Below are positions 31,373 to 42,366 of a DNA stretch of 64,000 nt, one piece after another. The position numbers and the translations under genes are program-made. The first letter of the stretch is position 1. Every line of letters begins with the position of its first letter. The stretch spans positions 928,001 to 992,000 of the forward strand of contig CAVZRV010000007.1 of the NCBI GenBank assembly GCA_963777605.1, written 5' to 3'. Origin of the DNA: an uncultured Acidobacteriota bacterium (lineage in GTDB: Bacteria > Acidobacteriota > UBA6911 > RPQK01 > JAPXNP01). The notes beneath the pieces were generated by a model that was not told the DNA's origin, did no database searches, and worked only from the letters and a program-made list of their open reading frames with translations.

Positions 31373-32049
31373 GAGGAAAGCAGCTCCTCGTTCATGAACA
31401 GGAGGGTCCCGAAGGCGCGCGGAACGTGAAAGTCCGGATCAGGGGTCAATGTCGGCCGCCAGCAGAAGTAGAGCCTCCCGGGTTCGCTGCCGGCCGCGCG
31501 AAACAGGTTGAGTCGCCAGGTCGAACCGGGCCGGGGCCGGTCTGCCTGCGCCTCTTTCTTGAGCATCGGTTCAAATGGGATCCGCAAGGCGGTCAGCCAC
31601 AACCCCTCGTCCTCCCGAACCAGCGTCGCGGATTTCAGTTGAGATCTCCAGTCCCAATCCACGCTGCGACGTGGTTCCAGGACGTGGAGGTCCAGCCACT
31701 GGTTGAGCGGGCTGACTTCGAACTCGAAATAGCCGTCGGCACCGGCGGGCCGGATGAACGCCTCGACAACGTCGAATTCCCACAGCTGGTCGCACGGTCC
31801 GCCGACTCCGAACGCCGGGTTGACGTTCAACCGGGTGAAGGTGGCCGCGAAATAGAGAAAGAGAGCTTCGTCGTTCCAGAGCGATGCCACCGTCATCACC
31901 GGCGGCCGGCCGTCAATGGCCGGAAGCTCCCCGTTCCAGAGGCGATCAACGGGTAACTCACGGTCGGTTTGAAAAGGTTGTTGGGCCGGGTCGAGCAGGT
32001 GCTCTTCCGGGAGATTGGTCTGGTAGCTGAAGAGAATATTTTCCGGCAT
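31369..32049 (-). CDS. Carbohydrate-binding family 9-like (DOMON-like) protein
   Basis: LWEFDVVEAFI, YFEFEVSP, WRLNLFR, DFHVP. Confidence 0.75.
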   Translation of the reverse strand: MPENILFSYQTNLPEEHLLDPAQQPFQTDRELPVDRLWNGELPAIDGRPPVMTVASLWNDEALFLYFAATFTRLNVNPAFGVGGPCDQLWEFDVVEAFIRPAGADGYFEFEVSPLNQWLDLHVLEPRRSVDWDWRSQLKSATLVREDEGLWLTALRIPFEPMLKKEAQADRPRPGSTWRLNLFRAAGSEPGRLYFCWRPTLTPDPDFHVPRAFGTLLFMNEELLSS

Positions 32050-32070
32050 GTTGCGAGGTCATTATAATTT

Positions 32071-32838
32071 GTGGCTGTGAAATGTCACTCGATAGGATTG
32101 ATTGGTCTTGGGCGGTTTGGCGAGATGGCCTACCGGTACCTTCGTGAATGTGGTCCGCTGAAGGCATACGACGTGGATCCCGCTCGGATGGAGCGCATCC
32201 CTGAGGCGGTGAGCCTGGAGGAAGTCTGTCGTTCGGAGGTCCTGGTTCTCTCGGTTCCCATTTCCGCAATGAAGGAAGTCTGCGGTTCCGTGGCTCCGTT
32301 TCTGGGCGCCGGACAGGTCGTCATCGACACCTGCAGCGTGAAGGCGAGGCCGGTCCGCTGGATGCTGGAAGCCTTTTCTGAAGAGGTCGAAGTCCTCGGG
32401 ACCCACCCTCTGTTCGGACCGGACAGCGGCAAGGAAGGAATCGCCGGCCTCAAAATGGCGGTCTGCCCTGCCCGGATTTCGGCCGGGCGATACGAGGCAA
32501 TCTGTGCCTTTCTACGCCGGCTCGAGTTGGTCCTGGTCGAGGCGACGCCGGAGGAACATGACCGGCAAATGGCCTTGAGCCAGGCGATCTTCCACCTGAT
32601 CGCCCAGGCGATGCGCCGGCTCGACTGGGGCGTCAAGCCCCTTTCCACTCCCGGCCCGGAAGCTTTTTACCGGCTCGTCAAGACCGTGCAGAGAGACACG
32701 CCCCAGCTTTTCCTGGATATGGAGCAGGAAAATCCCTTTGCGGCGGAGTACCGGAAACTCTTCATCGACGAGATTCTGGCCATTGATCATGAATTACTCA
32801 ACCTGAAACGAGACAAGGATGCCGGGAAAACTCCCTGA
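32071..32838 (+). CDS. tyrA: Prephenate/arogenate dehydrogenase
   Basis: GLIGLGRFG, DTCSVK, HPLFGP, EEHDRQMA; start may be GTG 32077. Confidence 0.88.
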   Translation: MAVKCHSIGLIGLGRFGEMAYRYLRECGPLKAYDVDPARMERIPEAVSLEEVCRSEVLVLSVPISAMKEVCGSVAPFLGAGQVVIDTCSVKARPVRWMLEAFSEEVEVLGTHPLFGPDSGKEGIAGLKMAVCPARISAGRYEAICAFLRRLELVLVEATPEEHDRQMALSQAIFHLIAQAMRRLDWGVKPLSTPGPEAFYRLVKTVQRDTPQLFLDMEQENPFAAEYRKLFIDEILAIDHELLNLKRDKDAGKTP

Positions 32839-33490
32839 GTTCAGTCGACGACAGAGGCTGGCCATCTTTCTCGCCAGTTGGGTGGGATGGGTGATGATCG
32901 GAATCCTGAACGTGACTCTTCGGATGCGCGTGATCGGAGGAGAACAGCTGGATTCATTTCGCTTGGAGAAAAGGCCGGTGATTCTGGCCTGCTGGCACAA
33001 CCAGATTTTCAGCGCGACCTGGTTCTTCCGTCAGGAGGGAATTGCAGTGATCACGAGCCGGCACTTCGACGGCGAATATATTGCCCGTATCATCGAGCGG
33101 TTCGGCTTCAAAGCTGTGCGGGGGTCGAGTACTCGCGGCGGGGCACGGGCGGTCCTGGAAGTTCGGAAACATGTTGCAGAGGGCAGGATGATCGGGATAA
33201 TGGTGGATGGCCCTAAAGGGCCGCGCTACCAGGCGAAACCGGGGATCCTGTTCTTGAGCAGGATAACCGGGGCGCCGGTGGTGCCGTTTCATATAGAAGT
33301 AGAAAAGCGATGGGAGTTGAACAGCTGGGACCGTTTTCGGATTCCCAAGCCGTTCAGCCGGGCAGTGATGCGAATCGGAAACCCTATCTGGGTCACCTCC
33401 CCGGAAGATGGACGGCTCGACTCCTTTCAGGCGGAATTGGAACGCCTCGCACGGGAATGCGAAGCTGATATAGCCGGAATGCGCGCTTGA
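32819..33490 (+). CDS. Lysophospholipid acyltransferase family protein (DUF374-like)
   Basis: [35 protein letters not shown]. Confidence 0.85.
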   Translation: MPGKLPEFSRRQRLAIFLASWVGWVMIGILNVTLRMRVIGGEQLDSFRLEKRPVILACWHNQIFSATWFFRQEGIAVITSRHFDGEYIARIIERFGFKAVRGSSTRGGARAVLEVRKHVAEGRMIGIMVDGPKGPRYQAKPGILFLSRITGAPVVPFHIEVEKRWELNSWDRFRIPKPFSRAVMRIGNPIWVTSPEDGRLDSFQAELERLARECEADIAGMRA

Positions 33491-33545
33491 AGGTTGGATC
33501 GCAAAAGGAACCCAGCACCCAATTTCTGCATCTTTAGGTTTCCGT

Positions 33546-34100
33546 ATGCAAGAACTTATCAGACAGATGCTAGTCGAATTGGGCGAAGATCCGGAGAGAG
33601 AGGGACTGCTCGATACTCCGCGGAGAGTTGACCAGGCCCTGCGTTTCCTGACCCGCGGCTACCGGCAGGACATCAATGAGGTCCTCAACAACGCCCTTTT
33701 TACTGTCGAATACGACGAAATGGTGATCGTGCGGGATATCGAGATGTACAGCCTGTGCGAGCATCATCTGCTGCCTTTTTTCGGGCGTTGTCACGTAGGG
33801 TATCTGCCCAGGAACAAGGTCATCGGGCTGAGTAAGATCCCCAGGATTGTCGACGTCCTCGCCCGGCGCCTCCAGGTTCAGGAGAGATTGACCCAGCAGA
33901 TTGCCGAAACCATCCAGGATGCGATCAACCCGAGAGGGGTGGCGGTCATCGTAGAAGCTCAGCACCTGTGTATGATGATGCGAGGGGTGCAAAAGCGGAA
34001 CAGCACGATGATCACTTCAGCCATGCTCGGAAAATTCCGGGAGGATCAGAGGTCGCGGGTGGAATTCCTCGACCTGGTAAGGACAAAGTCGGTTCAATGA
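33546..34100 (+). CDS. folE: GTP cyclohydrolase I
   Basis: [43 protein letters not shown]. Confidence 0.97.
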   Translation: MQELIRQMLVELGEDPEREGLLDTPRRVDQALRFLTRGYRQDINEVLNNALFTVEYDEMVIVRDIEMYSLCEHHLLPFFGRCHVGYLPRNKVIGLSKIPRIVDVLARRLQVQERLTQQIAETIQDAINPRGVAVIVEAQHLCMMMRGVQKRNSTMITSAMLGKFREDQRSRVEFLDLVRTKSVQ

Positions 34101-35542
34101 TCGCTCGACTGGTCGGAAGGCACCTGCTGCTGAACAGATTCTTTCCGCTTCTGATCCTTTCCTTTGTCCTCTCGGGATGGGCGATGGGGCAGGAAGAGAA
34201 GCCGGTCGAGGTCAGCGACCAGCCCATCCGGGTTCGAGTTAACCTGGTCACCCTGCGGTTCAGTGTCCGCAACACTGAGGGAGCCTTCGTCAACCACCTC
34301 ACTCCCGACCAGTTCAGCGTTTATGAAAACGGTCAACGCGAAGACATCGCCTTTTTCGATCCGCCTCGCAGTGATGCCAGCTCACAGCGGACCCTTTGGC
34401 TGGCATTCCTCATCGATGTCAGTGGAAGCACTTTCGCGACGCGCGGTGAAGAAATCCTGGCTGCCCAGGCGTTTTTCGACAACGTCTATGATGTCACCAA
34501 GGTAGGTATCTTCGGATTTACCGACAAGCTGATGGTGTTCCAGGATTTCACTTCCGATCGCCAGAGTGCCCTCAGGGCGTTCGCCGCCGCCCGGGCCCAC
34601 CTCGGAAAGACTGCCCTCTACAGCTCGCTCGACAACCTGATGAAACAGATGACGGAACGGGCGGGGCCGAACGACCGCAAGGCCGTCATTCTGGTCTCAG
34701 ACGGGATGGACGACGAGTACCGGCAGGTGCAATCGACCGTTGCCCGGGCCCGCGAAAAGGGTGTCGTTGTCTACACAGTCTGGGTGCCTTCAGCGACCCA
34801 GCTGTACATCGGCCCGGCCGGATCGGGCAAGACCCTGCAACCCGACCGCGACGAGAAGGAGGCCGCGTTCGCCAACCTGGCCCTTCAGACGGGCGGGAAA
34901 TACTATGGAGGATTTGAGACGATTCTCGATTTCGACAATGTCCTGGCCGAAATCAACGAGGAGTTGTTCGGCAACCTTTACTCCGTCGGGTATTACACGG
35001 ACCAACCCTACCTGGATCGCACCGAGCGCCAGATCTCGATTCACATCGAAGACCCGGGTCTGACCGCCCACGGGATTTTCGAAAAGTCTCCCGACCGGGT
35101 GGAAGCGAAGCGACGCTATATCGCGGCGCTCTTCGACGAGGAGTCCCTGTCTGACGTTTCCGGCGGTAGCGAGGATTTCCGGGAGATCGGAGCCGACCTG
35201 GACGTCCTCAGACCCCGGTCCGACCGGGGAACGACAAGCCTGCCTTTCAGACTCAAAATCGCTTCTTTCTCCCTGCTTCGCAATGAAAGAGGCGGGGTGC
35301 GCACCCAGTTTGGGATCATCGGAATTTTGAGTGACCTCAACGGAAACCAGGTGTTCAAGCTGCGGGAGATTTTCAGGGCGCAGATCGATGCCAAGGACCT
35401 GCGCGACGGTCGCGGCGTCATCTATACCAACCGCGTGACCGCCCCCCCTGGAGACTACTTCCTCAAGATTGTTCTCCTGGAGATTCCGAGCTGGCGGATG
35501 ACGGTGCTCCGCCGTCCGGTTCGGATCACACCGACGCAATAG
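34097..35542 (+). CDS. Exported VWA-domain protein (acidobacterial VWFA-related type)
   Basis: Signal peptide, [31 protein letters not shown]; ATGA overlap with folE. Confidence 0.82.
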   Translation: MIARLVGRHLLLNRFFPLLILSFVLSGWAMGQEEKPVEVSDQPIRVRVNLVTLRFSVRNTEGAFVNHLTPDQFSVYENGQREDIAFFDPPRSDASSQRTLWLAFLIDVSGSTFATRGEEILAAQAFFDNVYDVTKVGIFGFTDKLMVFQDFTSDRQSALRAFAAARAHLGKTALYSSLDNLMKQMTERAGPNDRKAVILVSDGMDDEYRQVQSTVARAREKGVVVYTVWVPSATQLYIGPAGSGKTLQPDRDEKEAAFANLALQTGGKYYGGFETILDFDNVLAEINEELFGNLYSVGYYTDQPYLDRTERQISIHIEDPGLTAHGIFEKSPDRVEAKRRYIAALFDEESLSDVSGGSEDFREIGADLDVLRPRSDRGTTSLPFRLKIASFSLLRNERGGVRTQFGIIGILSDLNGNQVFKLREIFRAQIDAKDLRDGRGVIYTNRVTAPPGDYFLKIVLLEIPSWRMTVLRRPVRITPTQ

Positions 35543-36383
35543 ACTCGAGAACAGCGCAGCGGTCGATTCCCGCAAGATCCTGCTTCATTTGGCGTACACT
35601 CCAGCCCAGTTGCGCGGCCAGGGCAACAATTGAGGGACCCTGGCCATAGCCGAGTTCGACAACCAGGGGAGCTTCATCCAGCAGGAGGGTTCGGGCGGAG
35701 GTCAGGATTTCCCGGTAGATTTCCAGGCCCGAAGGTCCGGAGAAGACTGCTCCCGAAGGTTCAAAACGGCGCACGGAGAGATCGACCCGGGGGTCATCGT
35801 CAGCCACGTAGGGGGGGTTGGAGACGATGAGACTGACCGGGGATACGTCGGCGAATGGTTGGAGAGTGCGACCCTCGCGGAACTCGACCCGTGCCTCGAC
35901 GCCGTTCCGTCGGGCGTTCTCGCGGGCAACCTCCAGGGCGGCGGCGCTATTATCCCCGGCCAGCACGTGGCTGGAGGGAAGTTCACAGGCCAGCGATACC
36001 GCCAGGCAGCCGGAACCGGTTCCGACATCGATGATTCGGGGTTTCTGAACATCCTGCAGGAGTTCCAGGGAGGTCTCGACCAGAAGCTCGGTTTCGGGGC
36101 GCGGAATCAACACCCGCTCATCGACCAGGAACGGTCGTCCGAAGAACTCCTGGACGCCCTCGAGGTACTGAAGGGGATAGTGACCCGAACGTCGCCGGAC
36201 CAAGTCTCGAAACGACGCCGACACCGGATTGGGCACATCGAACTCGGGGTGGCTCAGCAACCAGGCACGGGAGCGTTCCAGAACCAGTTGGAGGAGTCGT
36301 TCCGCGTCGAGGCGGGCCGACTCCAGGTCGGCGTCCCGCAGGACCCGGGTTCCTTCCTCGAGGAGATCCTGGACGCGGGACAT
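35526..36383 (-). CDS. prmC: Release factor glutamine methyltransferase
   Basis: PLQYL, VLIPRPETE, DVGTGSG, SNPPY. Confidence 0.95.
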   Translation of the reverse strand: MSRVQDLLEEGTRVLRDADLESARLDAERLLQLVLERSRAWLLSHPEFDVPNPVSASFRDLVRRRSGHYPLQYLEGVQEFFGRPFLVDERVLIPRPETELLVETSLELLQDVQKPRIIDVGTGSGCLAVSLACELPSSHVLAGDNSAAALEVARENARRNGVEARVEFREGRTLQPFADVSPVSLIVSNPPYVADDDPRVDLSVRRFEPSGAVFSGPSGLEIYREILTSARTLLLDEAPLVVELGYGQGPSIVALAAQLGWSVRQMKQDLAGIDRCAVLESIASV

Positions 36384-36392
36384 GGGGTTCGG

Positions 36393-37467
36393 TCAGGCGA
36401 TGGCCTGCTCCTTTAGGACTTCGGCCTGATAGTGGGTGATCAGTCCGTCGATGATGTCGTCCAGAGCCCCTTCCATGATTGTGTCGAGCTTGTGGAGGGT
36501 CAGGTTGATCCGGTGATCGGTAACGCGATTCTGCGGGAAGTTGTAAGTCCGGATCTTCTCGCTGCGGTCTCCGGTCCCAACCAGCGAGCGCCGGTTGGCC
36601 GCGATTTCCTCCTGCTGCTCGCGCTGGGCCTTTTCATAGAGTCGCGAGCGCAGGACTTTGAGGGCTTTGGCCTTGTTCTTGATCTGTGATTTCTCGTCCT
36701 GGCAGGTGACGACCTCACCGGTCGGGATGTGGGTTATCCGAACCGCAGAGTAGGTGGTGTTGACCGACTGCCCGCCGGGCCCGGACGAGCAGTATGTGTC
36801 GATCCGCAGGTCGTTGGGATCGATGTGAATCTCCACGTCGTCAACCTCGGGGAGAACGGCTACTGTGACTGCGGACGTGTGAATTCGGCCCTGGGCCTCG
36901 GTTTCGGGAACACGTTGAACCCTCTGCACGCCACTCTCAAACCGGAGACGGCTGAAGACACGGTCGCCACTGATGGAAGCAATGACTTCCTTGATTCCAC
37001 CGACGCCTGAATAGGTTGACGGAAAGAACTTCGGTCTTCCAGCCTTTTGACTCAGCGTAGCGGGAATACATGCGAAACATCTCGTGCGCGAACAGGGTCG
37101 CCTCGTCCCCACCGGTCCCGGCACGGATTTCCAGGATTACGTCACGCTCGTCGTTGGGATCTCTTGGGAGCAGGAGGACTCGCAGCTTCTCTGTGCACAA
37201 CTCCACTTTCTCTTCCAGCTCGGCAAGCTCCTCACGGGCCAGCTTCGCCATTTCCACATCCTCTTCATCGTGCAGGAGTTGCCGAGTTTCCCGAATCGAA
37301 GTATCGAGCGATTTGTATCGTCGGTACTCTTCGACGATCTCTTCCAGTTCGGAGTGGGCCCGGGCGGTGTTCTGAAACCGCTTCAGGTCTGAAACCAGGT
37401 TGGGATCGCTCAGCTGCCGGGACAGTTCCTCGTATCGTTCTTCCAGTGACGCCAGCTTCTGAAACAT
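36393..37467 (-). CDS. prfA: Peptide chain release factor 1, one-base frameshift at about 37014
   Basis: [11 protein letters not shown] in the 5' ORF; PET (RF1 PxT), GGQ and RTYNFPQ in the 3' ORF; deleting one base gives [16 protein letters not shown]. Confidence 0.93.
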
Positions 37468-37479
37468 GGGCGGGGATGC

Positions 37480-37698
37480 TTATCCCTTTCGATTCAGGAT
37501 ATTCCCGAACTTCCGCTGGAAACGCTCCACGCGACCGGCGGTATCCACGAAGCGTTGCTTCCCGGTGAAGAACGGATGGCAGGTCGAGCAGATCTCCAGC
37601 CGGAGTTCGCCGCCCTTGGTCGACTTGGTTTCCCACTCAGCTCCGCACGCGCAGCTGACTTTGACAGTCTCGTATTGAGGATGAATGTCTGGTTTCAT
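37480..37698 (-). CDS. rpmE: 50S ribosomal protein L31 (Zn-binding type)
   Basis: [27 protein letters not shown]. Confidence 0.96.
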   Translation of the reverse strand: MKPDIHPQYETVKVSCACGAEWETKSTKGGELRLEICSTCHPFFTGKQRFVDTAGRVERFQRKFGNILNRKG

Positions 37699-37817
37699 AG
37701 TTGTTCAGTGACCTCGCTAAAAGTCGAGAGGACGTCAAAACCGATTCCGGCTCGCCTCGCAAAAGGATAAGTCTAGCAAAATCTGGTCTTCGGAGTCGAT
37801 CAACCTCTCGGATCCGC

Positions 37818-37847
37818 TTGACAAGCCATTGATCTGCAAGGTATAAC
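37818..37847 (+). promoter_or_regulatory. Sigma70-type promoter of rpsA
   Basis: TTGACA-18 nt-TATAAC. Confidence 0.6.
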
Positions 37848-38050
37848 GGGTTCTTTGAAAGTTTGGGGCAGATGGGAGCAGTCCGGGCGCTCGCCCGGTT
37901 GCTGATGAATTCAGAAGTTGTACCAATCGCAGAATTCCCTACTAACAGCATCATTCTCAAGATCGACGCTTGACCGCTGATGTTGCGCCCATTCGAGATT
38001 TCCGGCCGACGTTTGTCGGCCTGAAAAATTTCTTAGGAGGTTTTTGGTGA

Positions 38051-39835
38051 ATGACGCAAACCATTGAAAAGAAAGTGGATGAGGCAGCAGAACTGACGGC
38101 CGCTGCCAAACCCTTGATCGAAGATCAAGGTGAAGTGGATTTCGGCGCAATACTGGACGCTTATGACAAGAGCGTTCAGGACTTTGCCGAAGGTGAGGTG
38201 GTCAGAGGCAAGGTCCTGAAGGTTTCGGATGAGACGGTCGTCGTCGATGTCGGCTTCAAGTCCGAAGGAGTCATATCAGTTGGCGAGTTCCGCGATGAAG
38301 ATGGAAAAGTCAATCTGAAGCCCGGTGACAGCGTGGAGGTGCTCCTCGAGAGCATCGAAAGCGATGGGTCCGTCGTCCTCTCGCGCGAGAAGGCCGAGCG
38401 GATGAAGATCTGGGATTCCATTGAGAAGGCGTACGACGACCAATCGATCCTCAAGGGGCGTGTGATCGAGCGGATCAAGGGAGGCCTCGCCGTAGACATC
38501 GGTGTACGGGCATTCCTTCCCGGCTCCCAGATCGACATGCACCCGGTGCGGAACTTGGATAGCTTCAGGGGCGAGGAAATTGAAGTTCGGGTGATCAAGG
38601 TCAACAAGCGGCGCGGGAACATTGTCCTCTCGCGGAAGGCCGTCCTTGAGGAAGAGTACTACCGCCTCAAGGAAGAAACCCTGAAGACCCTGGAAGAGGG
38701 CAAGGTGGTTAGTGGAATCGTCAAGAACATCACGGACTACGGTGCTTTCGTGGACCTGGGCGGGATCGACGGACTGCTCCACATCACTGACATGTCCTGG
38801 GGCCGGGTCAACCATCCTTCAGACCTGTTCAAGATCGGGGACGAAGTCGAGGTCAAGATCTTGAAGTTCGATCGGCTCGAGGAGAAGGTTTCCCTTGGAT
38901 TCAAGCAGCTCACCGGCGATCCGTGGCTGAGCGCCGCAGAACGCTACCCGAAGGGTACGCGCGTCCAGACGAGAGTCGTGAGCGTGACCGATTACGGTGC
39001 TTTCGTGGAGCTCGAAGAAGGGATCGAAGGTCTCATCCATATCTCGGAAATGAGCTGGAATCGTCGTTTAAAGCACCCCTCGAAAATGGTCGAGGTCGGT
39101 GACGAAGTCGAAGCGGAGGTTCTGGAAGTGGATGCCGAGAACCGGCGGATTTCGCTTGGTATGAAGCAGACTGAGCCCAACCCGTGGGACTTGGTCGAAG
39201 AGTCCTACGCGATCAACTCGGTGGTCCACGGTATCGTCCGGAACATCACCGATTTTGGTGGTTTTGTTGAGGTCGAGGAGGGTGTTGAAGGTCTCGTTCA
39301 CGTTTCCGACCTGAGCTGGACGAAGAAGATCAAGCATCCGTCCGAGGTTCTCCAGAAGGGGCAGGAAGTGGAGGCGGTTGTCCTCAACGTGGACGCCGAA
39401 AACCAGCGGCTTTCGCTTGGCATCAAACAGCTCCAGCCTGACCTTTGGGAAGAGTTCTTCTCCCGCCATCAGGTTGGGGACGTTGTGCCCGGCACTATCA
39501 TCCGGTTGGCCAACTTTGGCGCTTTTGTCGAGATCGAAGAAGGGATCGAAGGTCTTTGCCACGTTTCAGAGTTGAGTACGCGGCGGATTGAGAACCCCGA
39601 GGACGAGTTCGAAGTTGGACAGGAACTCGAATTCAAGATAATCAAGCTGAATCTTCTCGAGCGTAAGATCGGCCTTTCCATCCGGGCCATGTCCGAAGAC
39701 GAAGGGGTCGAGGAGCGCTGGACCTACACGCCTGAAATGGCCACTACTTCAATCGGGGAGATCGCGGGAGCCCAGCTCGGCGAATTGAAGAAGAAGGCCG
39801 AGAAGGCAAAGGAGACCAAGGATGACGAAAGCTGA
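38051..39835 (+). CDS. rpsA: 30S ribosomal protein S1
   Basis: Repeated S1 domains (GAFVDLGGIDGLLHI, GAFVELEEGIEGLIHI). Confidence 0.97.
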   Translation: MTQTIEKKVDEAAELTAAAKPLIEDQGEVDFGAILDAYDKSVQDFAEGEVVRGKVLKVSDETVVVDVGFKSEGVISVGEFRDEDGKVNLKPGDSVEVLLESIESDGSVVLSREKAERMKIWDSIEKAYDDQSILKGRVIERIKGGLAVDIGVRAFLPGSQIDMHPVRNLDSFRGEEIEVRVIKVNKRRGNIVLSRKAVLEEEYYRLKEETLKTLEEGKVVSGIVKNITDYGAFVDLGGIDGLLHITDMSWGRVNHPSDLFKIGDEVEVKILKFDRLEEKVSLGFKQLTGDPWLSAAERYPKGTRVQTRVVSVTDYGAFVELEEGIEGLIHISEMSWNRRLKHPSKMVEVGDEVEAEVLEVDAENRRISLGMKQTEPNPWDLVEESYAINSVVHGIVRNITDFGGFVEVEEGVEGLVHVSDLSWTKKIKHPSEVLQKGQEVEAVVLNVDAENQRLSLGIKQLQPDLWEEFFSRHQVGDVVPGTIIRLANFGAFVEIEEGIEGLCHVSELSTRRIENPEDEFEVGQELEFKIIKLNLLERKIGLSIRAMSEDEGVEERWTYTPEMATTSIGEIAGAQLGELKKKAEKAKETKDDES

Positions 39836-40097
39836 ACTCGTGGACGGGGTATCGAGAGCTTCGGGATTGAGTAAGAAGGATGCCGAGGTCATCGTTCAGA
39901 CCGTGCTGGACAGCATCATCGAGTCTTTACGCCTGGGGGAGAAGGTAGAGCTTCGCGGTTTTGGGAGCTTCCGACTCCGCGAGAGGGCTTCTCGACAGGG
40001 ACGCAACCCCAAGACCGGGGCCAAGGTCCATGTTCCTGCCAAGAAGGTTCCCTACTTCAAACCCGGCAAGGAGCTCAAGGAGCTGATTAATTCCTGA
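39822..40097 (+). CDS. ihfB: Integration host factor beta / HU family
   Basis: MTKAEL, VELRGFGSF, GRNPKTG, FKPGKELK; follows rpsA. Confidence 0.85.
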   Translation: MTKAELVDGVSRASGLSKKDAEVIVQTVLDSIIESLRLGEKVELRGFGSFRLRERASRQGRNPKTGAKVHVPAKKVPYFKPGKELKELINS

Positions 40098-40099
40098 GG

Positions 40100-40591
40100 A
40101 TGGACATCCTCTGGACTCCTTGGCGGTTCCATTACCTGAGATCCGCTTCGGACAAGGATGAATGCGTGTTCTGTCGGATTCTTTCCGACGGGCCGACCGG
40201 CGACCCGGAGCATTTCATCCTTGTCCGGGGCGTCCACTGCTTCGTAATCCTCAATCGCTTCCCTTACACTTCTGGCCACCTGATGGTGGTCCTCTTCCGT
40301 CACGTCGCCACCCTCCAGGACTGTACCGAGCCGGAACTCACCGAGATGATTCATTGGGCCCGGATCTGTGAGGGTTTCCTGCGCGAAATCTACTCTCCCA
40401 ACGGATTCAATGTCGGACTCAACATCGGCCATTGCGCCGGCGCCGGGGTGGCAGGTCACCTCCATATGCATGTGGTTCCCAGGTGGACAGGCGATGCCAA
40501 TTTTGTCTCTGTCATCGGGCAAACACGCACGATTCCGGAGGAACTCGAGGTAACCTACGCGAAATTGCTCCCGTACTTTCAAAATCGCTGA
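40100..40591 (+). CDS. HIT domain protein (Ap4A phosphorylase/FHIT-like)
   Basis: LWTPWR, CVFC, NRFPYTSGHLM, HLHMHVVPRW. Confidence 0.9.
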   Translation: MDILWTPWRFHYLRSASDKDECVFCRILSDGPTGDPEHFILVRGVHCFVILNRFPYTSGHLMVVLFRHVATLQDCTEPELTEMIHWARICEGFLREIYSPNGFNVGLNIGHCAGAGVAGHLHMHVVPRWTGDANFVSVIGQTRTIPEELEVTYAKLLPYFQNR

Positions 40592-40809
40592 AATCGACCG
40601 AACGAGGCCTTCCAAAAGGCAACATTCCAAGCCCTCCCGTGCAAACCCACGTAAGTGTCAGAAATCTTCTCAAATCGCACGCAAACATTGACTCCCACTT
40701 GAGGACTATTGGCCTAATCCCCTGCGCAACAAGCAGAATTCAGATCGTTCAAGAAAGGTCATTGAAGAACCCGGGAACGCGTGCTACGGTAGTCGCCGAC
40801 TAGTCGAAC

Positions 40810-40872
40810 CCATCCACTTATCCCAGCACGCGGGGCGGGGATTTCCACATCCTGTGGAAAACGTGTGGATGG
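40810..40872. promoter_or_regulatory. DnaA-box cluster upstream of dnaA
   Basis: ATTTCCACA 40841, TGTGGAAAA 40853, TGTGGATGG 40864; weaker CCATCCACT 40810. Confidence 0.65.
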
Positions 40873-40995
40873 TTTCGGCTTTCTTTTTCTTAGGGTGCAA
40901 AACTGTTGATGTTGGGGGTCGCGGTGAAGAGAGAGAGTGGAAGCGCCAGTTCAATCGCCGCGTCTTTTGGAGTTGAGGGGGAGAGCGCGATAAAC

Positions 40996-42327
40996 ATGGA
41001 TGTTTGGGAGAGGATTCTGAAACGTGTGGCCGAAAAGGTATCGGATCAGAATTTTGACATTTGGTTCCGGCCAACCACGCTTCGCGAATTCGACCCCTCC
41101 ACCAAGAAGCTGCAGGTGTGGGTTCCCAATCGTCATTTTCGGTACTGGCTTGGGGAGAACTACCGGGATGTCCTGGGGGAGACGCTGAAAGAGCTTGACC
41201 ACCAGGATGTCGAGGTCGAGTTCTCGGTAGTCGGGGAGGACGGGGAAACGCTGGTAGAGACGCAGGAAGGGTCTACCCGGGGGGCTCCCGGCTCGCGCAA
41301 CGGCCAACCTCCACCCAGTCTGAACCCGAAATACTCCTTCGCCAGTTTTGTTGTCGGCCGATCGAACCAGTTCGCACATGCTGCTGCGCTTGCCGTCGCC
41401 GAACAGCCTTCTTGTGCATACAACCCGTTGTTTATCTACGGCGGGGTGGGGCTCGGCAAGACCCACCTGATGCATGCCATTGGGCAGCGCATCCTCCAGG
41501 AGCGGAGCCAGGCCAGGCTGACCTACATGTCGGCTGAACGGTTTATGAATGAGTTGATCCACTCAATCCGTTACGATCGCATGATCCAGTTCCGGGACAA
41601 GTACCGGAATATAGATGTGCTGCTGATGGACGATATTCAGTTCTTGGCCGGAAAAGATCGTACCCAGGAGGAGTTTTTCCACACCTTCAATGCCCTCTAT
41701 GACGGGCACAAGCAGATCATCATTTCCAGCGATTCTCCCCCCAAGGAAATCCCGACGCTGGAAGAGCGCCTGCACAGCCGGTTCGACTGGGGATTGATTG
41801 CCGACATCCAACCGCCGGACCTCGAGACCAAGATTGCAATTCTGAAGCGAAAGGCCGAAGTCCACGGCATCTATCTTCCGGACGAAGTAGTCCTGTTTAT
41901 CGCGGGAAACATCAAGTCCAACATTCGGGAACTGGAGGGAGCGCTGGTTCGCCTGATGGCATACAGCAGCCTGACGGGTGAGCGGATGGACATGGGACTC
42001 GCGAACCGGGTGCTGCGAAATATTGTGGAAAACAGCGTCCGCGTGATTACAATTGAGCAGATACAGAAAATGGTGGCCGAGCACTACTCCTTGAAAGTTT
42101 CGGATTTGAAGGCGAAGAACAATGCGCGTCGAGTAGCGGAACCGAGGCAGTTGGCCATGTTTCTGACCAAGGAGCTGACTAAAAACTCTCTTTCCGAGAT
42201 TGGAAAAGAGTTCGGAGGGAAGCACCATACGACGGTCCTCCACGCGATTAGAAAGGTCGATGAACTGCAGAAGACGGATCAAAACCTTCGCGCAACGATC
42301 GAGCGACTCAAAGAGGCCATCTCTTAG
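40996..42327 (+). CDS. dnaA: Chromosomal replication initiator DnaA
   Basis: YNPLFIYGGVGLGKTHL, DDIQF, QEEFFHTFN, NIRELEG, HHTTVLH; start ATG 40996. Confidence 0.97.
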   Translation: MDVWERILKRVAEKVSDQNFDIWFRPTTLREFDPSTKKLQVWVPNRHFRYWLGENYRDVLGETLKELDHQDVEVEFSVVGEDGETLVETQEGSTRGAPGSRNGQPPPSLNPKYSFASFVVGRSNQFAHAAALAVAEQPSCAYNPLFIYGGVGLGKTHLMHAIGQRILQERSQARLTYMSAERFMNELIHSIRYDRMIQFRDKYRNIDVLLMDDIQFLAGKDRTQEEFFHTFNALYDGHKQIIISSDSPPKEIPTLEERLHSRFDWGLIADIQPPDLETKIAILKRKAEVHGIYLPDEVVLFIAGNIKSNIRELEGALVRLMAYSSLTGERMDMGLANRVLRNIVENSVRVITIEQIQKMVAEHYSLKVSDLKAKNNARRVAEPRQLAMFLTKELTKNSLSEIGKEFGGKHHTTVLHAIRKVDELQKTDQNLRATIERLKEAIS

Positions 42328-42366
42328 GGTGGGGACGTTCACAATCAAAAGGGGTGAGGAGCGATT

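Noticed and set aside
37005-37025. prfB-type programmed frameshift
   Set aside because: The protein has the RF1 PxT motif, and there is no CTT-TGA site at the break.
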